Source: Epiperipatus broadwayi (lineage: Eukaryota > Animalia > Onychophora). From it: a stretch of DNA of 64,000 bases. The notes beneath the pieces were generated by a model. That model was not told where the DNA came from and searched no databases. It saw only the letters and a program-made list of their open reading frames with translations. Position 1 is the stretch's first letter; each line of letters opens with the position of its first letter. The stretch spans positions 14,260,001 to 14,324,000 of the forward strand of contig JAQFVV010000006.1 of assembly GCA_028023455.1 (NCBI GenBank), read 5' to 3'. Of the stretch, positions 38,650 to 51,299 are shown piece by piece. The translations under genes were made by a program, and so were the position numbers.

Positions 38650-40600
38650 ATATATGAGATGAGATGCATTGTGACCTTTTTTGGAATCAGGAATCTCTCA
38701 GCTACCATGCCTAGAGAAACCTATTAGCCACTTTATCTTCCTTTTCCATTCCCCACCCTAAATTTTTCCCATATTCTTCTCTATCCTGCTCCATCCTATT
38801 TCCACAACATAAACTTTTATCAACTCCATGGCTTTTATATCTAAATCCCCCTTATACCTTTTTCCAAACCCCACATAAAAACCAACACAACTTCATTATT
38901 TGTACCCTTTCTACTTGTAAGCATTTACATTCAATTAATAGATGCCTAATATTTTCTATGTCTTCCTTACCTAACTTGCAGACTAAATCACTCACAGTTT
39001 TCCATTTTTCTGTATATTACCTTGTTGCTAAAGATCCTGTTTGAGTCTTAAATAATAAACTACTTTCCTTTCTATTATCATAAATTAACTTGCACCCAAT
39101 ATTCTGTTTACTTCTATATATATTTAAACTCATTACTCTCCATACTAGTTCTCCATCACTCCAACTCCCTATTTTTTATTAATGCATCTATTTTTCTTTC
39201 CCATTCCTTGCCACTATAACACTCAACAATTCTCTTAACACAATCATTCCATCTTTTGTATAAGTATTCTGACATAAATTCTTTATCCAAATCTTCTGCA
39301 TACTGTACTACCTTTCTCACCCATTCTGTTGCTTGCTCTTTACTCATTACCCAATTAAATACTATTTTGGTATTCTCTTATTATCCATAAACTGCAATCT
39401 ACTGAACATTTTTATTTTGCTTTTGGCATCTCATATAAAAAAAACTTGATCATCCCATTCCTTCTTGAATTGCATCCTTTGCCATCTACACATCTGCATC
39501 TAATGCATGTCTTTCTACTTCTCATTATGTAATGATATGATGTGATGTATTTTGGCTTCTCCTTAAACGAAGTCAAGAATATCTCAGCAATTATGCCCAG
39601 ATAAACCTGTTAGCCACTTTATTTTCCATTCCCCACTCAGTCTTCCCATATTCTGCCCCATCCCATTTCCACAACATAATCTTTGTCAACTCTATGGCCT
39701 TTATATCTAAATCCCCCTTATCTTTTCACAAACCCTGCATAAAAACCAATAACTCACTTTCTGTATAGGCACTTTGTTCATACCTATTCTCCCATAACTT
39801 CATTATCTGTACCCTTTCTGCTTTCAAGCATTTACATTCAATCAACAGATGCCTAATATTTTCTATACCTTCTTTACACAATTTGCACATTAAATCACCC
39901 ATAGTTTTCCATTTACATGTATACTCTCTTGTTGCTAAAGATCCCATTTGTGATGTGATGTACTGTGACTTCTCCTTAAACGGAGTCAGGAATTTCTCAG
40001 CAGCTATGACCAGAGAAACCTGTTAGCCACTTTAACCTCCTTTTCCATTGTCCACCCTAAGTTTTCCCATAATCTGCTCCATCCCATTTCCACAACATAA
40101 TCTTTGTCAACTCCATGACCTTCATATCTAAATCCCCCTTATTTTTTCCCAAACCTAGCATAAAAACCAATAACTCACTTTCTGTATAATCACTTTGTTC
40201 ATATTTAACCTTCCATAACTTCATTATTTGTACCCTTTCTGCTTCCAAACATTTACATTGAAGTAACAAATGCCTAATATTTTCTATGCCTTCCTTACAC
40301 AACTTTCAGACTAAATCACCCATATTTTTCCATTTACGTGTATATTCCCTTGTTGCTAAAGATCCCGTTCGAGCCTTAAACAATAAACTACTTTCCTTAC
40401 TATTATCATAAATTAACTCAACCCAATGTTCCGTTTACTTCTATATATATTTAAAATCGTTTTACTCTCCATACTAGTTCTCCATCTCTCCAACTCCCTA
40501 TTCTTTATTAATGCATCTATTCTTCTATCCCACTCCTTCCCACTATAACACTCAACAATCCTCCTAACACAATCATCCCATCTTTTGTACAAGTATGATG
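38650..40600 (-). mobile_element. Three head-to-tail 3' fragments of the CATCA-tail LINE
   Basis: Tails (tgtga/tgaga repeats) at ~38655, ~39535 and ~39950. CKLCKEGIENIRHLLIEC zinc-finger remnants in each. Confidence 0.85.
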
Positions 40601-41683
40601 TATTCAGTACTGCCATCTAGTGATATTAAATTGTATTTAAACTTTCTTTTTTCATAATTTCTGGAATTATATAAAACTAAAAAGTAGATTCTAAATGCAT
40701 TAAAAAGTAAAAAAAAAAAAAGTACTAAAATATAAAAATATTTCTTCAGCTTTTGTAAATAAAATCGTGGAAAAATTTCCAAAGAATCATTTAAATAAAT
40801 TTACATCTAATACCCATTTTGAATAGATTGGCATTGATGAGTAAGTGTGGTTTTATGGAATCTGACTTGTGAATTTTGCCTCATACTTTTATTTCTGAAA
40901 GTGGAAGAAAATTAATTTTCTACTTTTGATTGCATTTTTTAGTTTTTAGTGCATTTATGTGAATACCAGCATTGCTTTAAAATGTTTAAATATTGTTTTT
41001 TTTTTTGTAACTCATAACATTAATCTCAAAAAAAGATTGGTGGTTAATAGTTTTCTCTGCTGAGGATCGATTAGGAACCTTTTGCTCTTCGATCCGCCAC
41101 TGGACCAACTTTTTAAAAAAATGGTAATATATTTATGATAAAATAATCTTTTTAATAAATAATTCACTAGAGGGCTAAGGCCTTTCTGTGAATCCCTCAT
41201 AACTTTTTATTAAAGAACATTTCAATAACAAAACTAATTACATTTCATATGGTTTAGCACAATGATAGAATAGAGAAGGGGAGGGCAAACTTAAATGTAG
41301 CATGATCGACTTTTATATTTATTATCTATCAGTGATCAATTTTTTGGGTAATAAATGTTTTAGAATAAGAGCAAAACAAAATACGTAAAAACACATATAG
41401 ATACATTATACTGCTGCTCAAGCGCTACCAAGTCATTTAAGATGCCATAGTATTGAGACGAGATGTACAATGAGGAGTAAAAGCAAGAAGTCCAACACAT
41501 ACAGAAAGAATGATGTCTAACCATTGGTCAACTCAGTTATAGAATTCATTATAAATGTAAAAATAAAATGATTTGGAATTCAGGCAACAGTAATCTGATG
41601 GCAGAAACATCTGCGATCGATTGTTTTGCCTACCCCTGGAATAGAGAGTGAGTCTTCCTGAATTGAAAGTTCTACCTGTCCAC

Positions 41684-43212
41684 TTATCCACACAATAGTG
41701 ACATCTAGTGAAAGCTATGGTAATCAATAAATGCCATAAGGTTGTGCATTTTAATTTCTATTCAGTGCCTTCCCTTCCAATATCCCCAGAGTAGTTTATA
41801 ACTTATGGCTTTCATTAGTGAGGACGAGTCTTGGATCTGAGAACAGTGCATCTGGATTTTGAATCTAATGCACTTCTCCATCAGCCACCCAGTACCTTTT
41901 TGGTTAATTATAAAGTTATCAGTCTAAAATGAAAACACAATAATGTTTTCAATCCAAGCCAATTTGCTTATGTTGTCATACAGATCTGAATCCAATTCAG
42001 TATTTATATATTTTGGTATCTTTAGTTTTTTAATAACTATAGTCACCATTATTATTTGGCTAGAATCATTTTCAAACCATTAAACTCCCTCATGACAACT
42101 TTTTCTTATGCTTACACAAACCGTTAAAACAGTATCAAATTTATCCATACAATAGTGTCATCTAGTGTAAGCTATAGCAATCAATAGATGCTAGAAGACT
42201 GAGCATTTTAATCCCCATTCCATGCCTTCTCATCCAATATCCTCGGACTAGTTTCTAGCTTACAGCTTTCATCAGTGAAGAGTCTTCTATTTAAGAGCAT
42301 TGCACCTGAATCTTTAGATCTAACGCACTCTTCCAGCACCCACCTTTTATCTTTTTGGTTAACTATAAAGCTGTCAGCTCAAATGAAAACCCAAGTGTGA
42401 TATTTTAATGGTTTAATACCAATTTTAGCCAAAGGATAACGGTGACATCAAAATATATAGATACTGCTGTAAATTCAGTTCTGAATGTAATACAAGCAAA
42501 TTAGTTTTGATTAAAAATATTATTGTATTTTCATTTTGGACTGATAGGTTTGTAGTTAATCAAAAAGGTAAAAGGTGAATGCTAGAGGTATACAGTAGAT
42601 TTAAAAATTCAGGTGCATTGTTTTTAAATCCAAGATTGTTCATTGATGAAAGCTATAAGTTAGAAACTAGTCTTGGATATTAGATAAGGAAAGCACTGGA
42701 TAGGAATTAAAATAAAAAATCTTCTAGGGTCTATCGATTTCTATAACTTGCACTAGGAGGCTCTATTGTTCAGATCAATTTTCTACTGTGTTGACAGCTC
42801 ATATAAGTATAAGAAAAAGTGGTCATGATGATTTAATGGTTAAATATCAATGCTAGCCAAAGAATGTTGGTAATTATGGTTATTCAAAAATCAAGGATAC
42901 CAAAATATATCAATATGAACTGGATTCAGATTTATATGAGTATACAAGCTCATTAGCTTGGATTGAAAAATATTATTGTGTTTTTATTTTAGGGTGATAG
43001 CTTCATAGTTAATCAAAAAAAAGAGGGGGGTGTATTTGATTCAAGATCCAGGTGCATTGCTTACTGATCCAAGCCTCCTCATTGACGAAAGCCATAAGCT
43101 AGGAACTAGTCTAAGTATATTGGATGAGAATGGAGTGAATAGGTATTAAAAATATTTTAGCATCTGTTGATTACTATAGATTGCACTAGGTGGCACTATT
43201 GTGTGGATAAAT
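41684..43212. mobile_element. Family A: minus-strand dimer joined to plus-strand dimer
   Basis: Ribozyme positions 41784-41823(-), 42241-42280(-), 42638-42676(+) and 43077-43115(+). Spacings 457 and 439 nt. Confidence 0.85.
42241..42280 (-). ncRNA. Type I hammerhead ribozyme, family A, intact core
   Basis: Reverse complement: CTTCA CTGATGA AAGC TGTAA GCTA GAAAC TA GTC CGAGG. Confidence 0.78.
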
Positions 43213-43224
43213 TTACTATTTAAT

Positions 43225-44700
43225 CAGTTAAAGTTAAAAATGGGATGGGACTAAGACAAGGATGCCCTGTGTCACCTATTTTGTTTTGTTGTATTTGTGA
43301 GAAATGGAAAGACCAAAAGAAACACTAAAAAGAGTGGTAGAGATACCATTAATATATGGCAAGGGAGTATATATATATTATTGGGTCTTTTATTTGCGGA
43401 TGATGTCTTTTTGTGCACAGAAAGAAGGGAAGATATGGAAGTTATGCTGAGGACGTGCACAAGGGTGGGCAAAGAGATGGTGATTAAATTTAGTGAAGAA
43501 AAATCCAAAATAATGATGATTAATACTGGGGAAAGAGAGGACAAAGAATTTTATTGGGGAATATAAAGTTAAGTGTGATGAATAGGTATACCTATTTGGG
43601 AATCACCTTAAGTAATCACAGAAATTGCTTGGATGAATGGGAAAAAAGATTGATAAATGAAGCAAAGAAAAGAAAGGGACTGATAAATTAACGATATTTT
43701 TGTATAATAAATATGATGTAGCTAGAATTATATGGAAAGGAGTGGCAGTAGCAGAGTTAACTTATGGTAATGATATGTTAGTAAAGGTGTGTTATATTAC
43801 TTAGAAAAAGTACAAAAGAAGTAGGAAGACATGCATTAGATGCAGATGTGTGGGAGGCAATTCAAGAAGAAATGGGATGGTCAAGTTTTTATATGAGAGA
43901 TGCAAAAATAAAAATGTTTGGCAGATTGTAGTTTATGGATAATAAGAAAATAGCCAAAATAGTATTGAATTGGATTATGAGTAAAGAACAGGCAACAAGA
44001 TGGGTGAGAAAGGTGGTATGGTATGCAGAAGATTTGGCTATAGAATTTATGTCAGTATACTTACACAAAAGGTGAGTTGATTGTGTTAGGAGAATTGTTG
44101 AGTGTAATAGTTGTAAGGAATGGGATAGAAGAATAGATGTATTAATAAAGAATAAGGAGTTGGAGAGATGGAGAACTAGTATGGAAAGTAAAAGAGTTTA
44201 AATACATATATAGAAATAAACAATATTGGGTGTGAATTAATTTGTGATAATAGCAAGGAAAGTAGTTTACTGTTTAAGGCCTGAACAGGATCTTTAGCAA
44301 CAAGGGAATATACTCATAAATGTAAAAATGTGGGTGATTTAGTCTGTAAGTTGTGTAAGGAAGGCATAGAAAATATTAGGCATCTGTTTGTTGAATGTAA
44401 ATGCTTGCAAGTAGAAAAGGCACAAATAATGAAGTTGTGGGGAAATAAATATAAACAAAGGGATTATATAGAAGGTGGGTTTTTGGTTTTTATGCTGGGT
44501 TTGGGAAAAGTTAAGGGGGATTTAGATATAAAGGTCATGGAGTTGATAAAGATTGTGTTTGGAAATGGGATGGAGCAGGATAGAGAAGAATGTGGGAAAA
44601 ACTTAGGGCAGGGAATGGAAAGGGATCTCTCTGGGCATGGTAACTGAGAGAGTCATGACTCTGATAAAGAAGAAATCACAGTGCATCTCATCACCATCTC
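43225..44700 (+). mobile_element. CATCA-tail LINE, RT to C-terminal CCHC zinc finger, degenerate
   Basis: GLLFADDVFLC...KFSEEKSKIM and CKLCKEGIENIRHLFVECK. Tail gcatctcatcacc. Confidence 0.85.
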
Positions 44701-45515
44701 ATTTATTGTTAAAGCTTGTACAAGCATAATAAAAGAGATGATCATGTAGTTGGATATAATACGATCTACAAATTATCATTCAATTAATTTTGTCATATAT
44801 GGTTTAGCACAGTGATGGAATAATGGATCCAAGAGCTAAAGGCTTCTAGGTTCATTCTATTATTTTTTGTTTGAATGTCATGTCACCCCAAGCTACTAAT
44901 CATACACTTATACATATATATATATATTCTTGCTATTAAAAGGTGTGAAGGTTGCCTTGACAGCAGTTAGAAATATTGATTGCTATATTTACTGTGAATG
45001 TTTAGGTGGTTACTGGTTGGAAACTAATTATATATATATATATATAACTAATGACACCAGAAAATTTTACCAACTATTGTATTGCTCGATTTAGCAGTTT
45101 CATGAAAGGAAGTTGCAGTTTTTAATATTTATTAAAAATAATCTTTGAAATTTTCAATACATCATTCCTTATATAGACTCATTGGAATATGGCTCCCATT
45201 TTTGAAATGACAAAAGTTAAAATTAGCTGTAACTAGTAAAAAGTTTGTTGTCAATTAATTGCTAATCAGATTTAATAAATCCGTGGAATATATAAATATT
45301 TGTGAGCTTACATGTTAAGGTGCTACAAATAGTTCATCTCATTGTTATCGTAACTAAATAAGCTGGATATAGAATTGTTATTTTACCAGTCTATTATGTG
45401 GAAGTGAGACTTGGACAACTTATCAGTGCATCATAATGGTATTTAGAAAAATTTCATTTAAAGATTCTCTTCAAAATTTTAAATATTCAATGCCAAAATC
45501 GTAAGATCATTCAAC

Positions 45516-46026
45516 GATCTTCAGCTTACATCACATGATCAGCATTTCTTATGCTAGTACATAACTTATGTGCTAGCATAAGAAATGGTGATCATGTGAT
45601 ATTTAGTGATTTAACACCAATCCTGCCTTATAGGATTATAGGATAGTGGTGGCTATGGTTGTTAAAGAACCAAAGACCAAAATGTATGGGTACTGAACTG
45701 AGTTCAGACCCATATGCCTATATAAGCTATTGAGCTTAGATTGAAAATATTATTGTGTTTTCAATTTTATTCTCATAGTTTTGTAGTTAAGTAGAGATAA
45801 AAGGTGGCTGATGGAGGGTTGCATTAGATCATAAGATCTAGGTGCAGTGCTATCAGATCCAAAGCTCCTCACTGATGAAGCCACAAGCCAGAAATTAGTA
45901 TGGGGATATTGAATGAGTAGGCACTAGATGGGGATTTATGCACAAGCCTTCTGGCATCCATTGGTTACTCTGGTTGGCACTGAGTGGCACTATTGTATGG
46001 AGAGTTTTGCCTGATCTTCGGCTTAC
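45516..46026 (+). mobile_element. Family A monomer with ~35-bp 5' inversion and 14-bp TSD
   Basis: GATCTTC(A/G)GCTTAC occurs at 45516-45529 and 46013-46026. Hairpin catcacatgatc...gatcatgtgat at the 5' end. Confidence 0.9.
45867..45905 (+). ncRNA. Hammerhead ribozyme, family A variant
   Basis: CCTCA CTGATGA AGC CACAA GCCA GAAAT TA GTA TGGGG. Confidence 0.7.
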
Positions 46027-46749
46027 TGGATATGATAATACTAATGAGTTCACTACTGTAAAATCATACCTTGAATCGGACATGTGAAATGAACAAACAA
46101 TGCAAGACTTCATAAAAAAAAATATTATGAACTTGAGTATGATTTTCATGAGAGAGAAACAAACCTATTCACATTATAATGATATGTCAGAGATTCTAGA
46201 GAAATGTGATGTTTGTTTGTTTTTATTAGGAGGCCATGACTGAGGACAAAATATAATGAAGAGCTACAGTTAGATATGTTGTTGAAGTCTTTCAAAAAGG
46301 AAAAGTTAAGTCACCATTTTAAATATCAACAGATGGAGTAATGAATAGGATAGAACCAAAGAGCAGTCACTTGCACAAATTCATTCATTTTTCCACTCTT
46401 TTCTTCATTGCCCAGCTCTTCAAATCCACATATCTCTTCCCATCTATCATCCAGCAACATCAATCTTTTCTATCCTTTTTTTTTTGTTTTCACTCAATAT
46501 TCCTTTCAACATGTCTTTCATCAAATTATTCTTTCTTTTTAATATGTCCAATGCAGTTTTTTGTTTTTCATTTTACTCTTTTTGTCATTTTATTCATTCA
46601 ATTACTTGTTTGTATCCTTCTCCATGACCACATCTCAAAGGCTTCCAATCTATTCCAATTTTTTTTTTTACATATTGTCCATGTTTCACAAACATATAAT
46701 AATACACTCCACTGATAGCATTTAATTAACCTTAATCCTTATCTAAGAG

Positions 46750-47310
46750 CTTGCCAATAGCTCTTAACAAGTTTTTCAGAATATCCCCAACCCCACACCA
46801 GTTTCTGGTTTCCTCAGTGAGGTATTAGGATAACAAAACAAGATTTAAAATACCAGGTCAAGGTCAGCACTTTATCTGATGGTTAACTATTAAGTAGAAA
46901 TGTCTTCAAATCCAGTTATCTCACTTAAATAGTAGCCATATGGGACTGAACTAAGTTCAGATACATCATATATTAATAGCTTTAGCAATAGAAAATCGCC
47001 AAAGCCTTAATAGCAAAAAATATAATTGCAAAAAATTCAAGTCATATATCACATGACCTAATTTAACAAGCATGTATTACAAATGTGATCTAATGAGCCT
47101 GCCATATCCCCAACCCCAAACCAGTTTCTGCTTCTGACTTCCTCAGTGAGATGGTAGGACATTCAAGTATTAGATTTAAAATACCAGGTCAAGCCCAGCA
47201 CTTTATCTAATGGTTAGCTATTAAGTAGAAAGTCTCAGATAACATTTGTAATACATGCTTGTTAAATTAAGTTGTGATATATGACTTGATTTCTTTGCAA
47301 ATTTTATACT
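46750..47310 (-). mobile_element. Family B degenerate tandem copies with short inverted piece
   Basis: Ribozyme remnants at 46791-46822 and 47114-47151 (323 nt apart). Plus-strand fragment ~47238-47310. Confidence 0.8.
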
Positions 47311-47329
47311 TAATTGTCTGTTCAAAGGA

Positions 47330-47520
47330 TCACAAAATATTTTCTTTTTCTTAGTAAATGCATTCTTTGCCAGTACTATTCTTCTTTTAACTTCATATGT
47401 GGATGTATTTGTAAGTGTATGAGTTTGTACAGTCATCACTAGTGTTTTTTTTTCTTGGACAGTACATATTTGTTTGTGAATAGCTATTATTTCTGTTGAA
47501 TTCACAGGCAAATATGTATT
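47330..47520 (-). mobile_element. RTE-like LINE fragment
   Basis: STYEVKRRIVLAKNAFTKKKKIF resembles an RT C-terminal motif. Confidence 0.6.
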
Positions 47521-47689
47521 TTTATCAAATTTTGCAATTATCAGCTGTGTATTTAATGGTCATGTTTTTAATCGTTATACTTTTTTATCCTCTCTATCAT
47601 TTTACCATCTGATGCAAGCTTCAGTAATCAATAGTTTCTAAATAATAGTGCTTAATAAATCCTTATCCGGTGCTGTTCTATCTAAGTAT

Positions 47690-47729
47690 CTCTAGACATG
47701 TTTCTAGTGTATGGCCTTCATCAGTGAGG
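47690..47729 (-). ncRNA. Diverged family A-like hammerhead remnant
   Basis: Reverse complement: CCTCA CTGATGA AGGCCATACACTA GAAAC AT GTC TAGAG. Core intact, stems decayed, palindrome ACATGT. Confidence 0.6.
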
Positions 47730-50074
47730 AGCTTTCTGGACTTCTTTGAACAGTGAATTTGGATCTTAATTTTCCTTTCCTCTAGCAGCCATTTTTAATA
47801 TTTTTGTAATATGATCAAGCTATTAGCCCAAATTGAAACATTTTAATTTTTATCCAATCAAAGTCTATTTGTTTGCATAGTTATATAGATGTGAAATTGG
47901 TTCAATTCCTACATATTATGGTGACTTTAATTTTTTTATAACTTTTGTCATCTTTATTATTTGGCCAAAATTGGTACAAAACTTGACCAACAAAATATCA
48001 CATGATGTTAGTTTACACACATTTAAATAAGACAATAAGCACTTCCATCAATTGATTACTAAAACTAACATTAGATGGCATCAGAGTAGGGAGAATAAGA
48101 GTTTGCTAATGAATAGTAATATATGTAAGCTAAGACCATGTGATGTTTTGTTTGGTCATATTAATGATTATATTTGTTTTGTTATAAGAGTATATATACA
48201 TTTACATTGTAAAACAAATCGTTTAAAAATTATCACAATAAGCTGTGCTAAGATCTTAAATTATTATGCATTAAATATTGTCAAATATTACTAAATGGTT
48301 GGAATATGTTTAAAAGATTCAACAAATTATCAATATCCTATTTGTCAGATGAAAAGAAACTTTCTTTCTTTAAGGCCATAAATTGATTTCTAAAATAATA
48401 TCCCCCAAGGAGGTGGGGGCCAATTTTATGAAATAATGTGACCTAAATATAGTTTTTAAAATGTTACCATTAATCCTAATCCTCTCTAATTTTTTCATTG
48501 GTATATTTTTTTAGGAAATTTTTCTGCCACCCGTGAATACATACATTACAGATGATATTTCAAGAATGAATGATCTATGTGGTTTGCCAAGAGCTAAGTT
48601 ATGGACTCAAGATTCTCAGTTAAAAATAAAATAAAAACTCGCTATTGGATCAACTGAACAGAATTAATTGTTGTGCATAACATGCCCTGACTATGTGACA
48701 TCATAAGATCCTTAACAACTGACCATACCATTGTTAGCTCAATGAATGAATGTTGAAAATCAAATGAGAATCAAGATTTAAGAGGATAGTATATATTACA
48801 TATATCTCAGTTGACCAAATTAGTATTTTAGTTTTTTTCAGTCAGAGTTTTGCTCACCGAAATTTATTTTTATGACTGAGTTAATGGAGTAACAGGTTTA
48901 TTTCATTGTAAGGTTTGACTTTGCACATAGATTTTACCTTCAGGGTTTATCTTTCCCATGTTCTAATCTAGAGTGAGTATTATGCAAATTTACCGTATCA
49001 ATGTAATATTTTTAGCTTACATCTGTTTTCAATCATTTTATTTCACTAAATGGTTGTATGATTACTAATTGTTTTTTTTATTTCATTAGAAATTACTTCA
49101 TTTTATATAATTCTTAAATAAGCTTTAAATTTAATAATATTTTATTTAAGTATTATATTTACAACTCTTTTTTTTATAACTTATTCGCTTTTTACCCATA
49201 CATCAGTAATTTTATTCTATGACTTTTGAAGTTAACATCTATACTCGTGACTTTAAACATATAGTTGTAAATGCTGAAACTATGCTAATCACTTCCAGCC
49301 TGAATTTCATTAAATCAGACTTGAATTTGCTCCACACAGTTCTTTATATCCCTACCCCACTGTTTGAATTTATTATATATGTTTCTCTTAATTATGAAAG
49401 TATTGAATTGAATTTAAAGTTATCAAGAAGTCTATGAAAAAATAATAAACATCTATGTGTAATTAAGATCTTAATGTATTATTATAAAGCGCTGAAAACT
49501 TTTTGAAATATTTTTTAAGATCTTAATATATATGAATAATGATAGTTTTGTTATTTGGGATATTGATGGCACTCTACACAGCTATTGAGAATTGCTTGAT
49601 TCAAAATACATAAATATTCTGCAGAGCAATTCGTCCATTTTTTCATATGGTGTAGTGATCAGATAAGCAATGTTTGGGATATTATGATTGGAGAGTAATT
49701 GTTTATTAAAAATACTTCGGTTAATATAAAATAACAATCTGTTATACTTAGGGGGTCGGGTGGGCTTGGGCAAGCTGATAATGTCAGCTAAAATGAATTC
49801 TGACAACTGTTAGCATAATTTTTTTCCCAAAGTCTATGTTATATGTTTGAAAATTTTAGGAATGTATGTTGATTTCAAATAAGCTAGAAATTTTTATATA
49901 TATATATAATTAATTACTTGAGGAAAGTCAGTTTTAGATTGAACACAAAATCAAATTAAAAAAAATAAATTCAGCCGGCTAAAATTAAGTATTCATGTCA
50001 TCTGAAGATAGTATATTTATTCAGATCATCTATGGTTTATTATTATTGTTTTTTAATAAAAAAATTTGTTACAG

Positions 50075-50209
50075 GAAAATGGCCTAAGACAGTAACTGGA
50101 TTACCAAGCACATCGGGAACAACAGCAAGTATAGTATTTATTCGCAGAGGGAAATTGTTTATAGGACATGTTGGAGACTCTGGAATTGTTCTCGGATTAA
50201 GAGAATCAG
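50075..50209 (+). CDS. PPM1D: PPM1D/Wip1 protein phosphatase, internal coding exon (first one found in window)
   Basis: tttgttacag|GA AAA TGG...TCA G|gtatta. Encodes [44 protein letters not shown], a PP2C motif region with [15 protein letters not shown] as in PPM1D. Phase 1 at both ends. Confidence 0.95.
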
Positions 50210-50480
50210 GTATTATTTTAATATTAATTCTTTTGGCAATTTTTCCATTTCTTATTGCAAATGTTTTAATGAATTATTCATATTAAGTCATATGTAAGTT
50301 TTTCACTGTAATTGCTGATAAACAAATTAACTTGACCATGGCATTGATATAACTGTACCTGTTGATTTTTCATTTAAAGCCATTTTTGCTAGAAGTTAAT
50401 TTTAGATATAGTAATATATGATTTTTTTCTATAGTACAGGCTTTTTCATATTTGCAATCTAATATGTAATATATAAGGGG

Positions 50481-50992
50481 TTTGAACTCAGACTTTCACA
50501 TGACCCTCAACTATTCCACCCTATCACACACATGTCAAAAAAATAAATAATCACCAATAAACATATTTTGTGCTAAACCAGCAATCATCAGTTGGTCCAG
50601 ATTATCATCTCCACACACTATATACAGTCAATGCTCAGCTTATATTAAGATAGCCAATCTTCATACTTTAATGGACAGGCTTCAATCCACTCCACCCCAC
50701 AACTCTTCAGCCATCCATTTCATTGAAAATCTGATGATGGAAGATTCAAAACTCACATTGGTGCCAACCATCTCATCCTACCCATGTTGACCATAAGTCA
50801 TTCTGACCCCTCATGTACAGGACATAATCCTTTTACATACATATACGAGGGATGGGCAGACATTACAGCACTATATTTTAATATATGAATTTTTTTTTGG
50901 TGATTATTTATCTTTTTGATATGAGTGTGATCAAGTGTGTCAGCAGCATGAGATAGTGTGGATAGTTGAGGGTCATGTGAAAATCTGAGTTC
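50481..50992 (-). mobile_element. Family C copy with 5' inversion inside a PPM1D intron
   Basis: Minus arm 50481-~50870 with a mutated ribozyme at 50554-50596. Plus arm ~50890-50992. Confidence 0.85.
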
Positions 50993-51299
50993 TAATATTT
51001 TACATATAGTGTAAATTAAGACATTTACACAAATATGTGTATGAACATCTTTTTCAAGTAAATTGGCTGAGTAAATTAGTCATAATTATAAAGTCATCCG
51101 AAAAAAGTTGGCTTAACTATTAAAAAATAATTGTTCTCATTATGTCAATAATGATACAATCATATGGAAACAATATTTAATTTTAAAAAGTGAATTAAAG
51201 AAGAAAGATGACGAAACAAATTATTGAAGAAATGGGTTTTTAAGGACAAATTGTTCATAATTATTTGTAACTGTTAAAGTACAAATTTGGAAAATAGTT

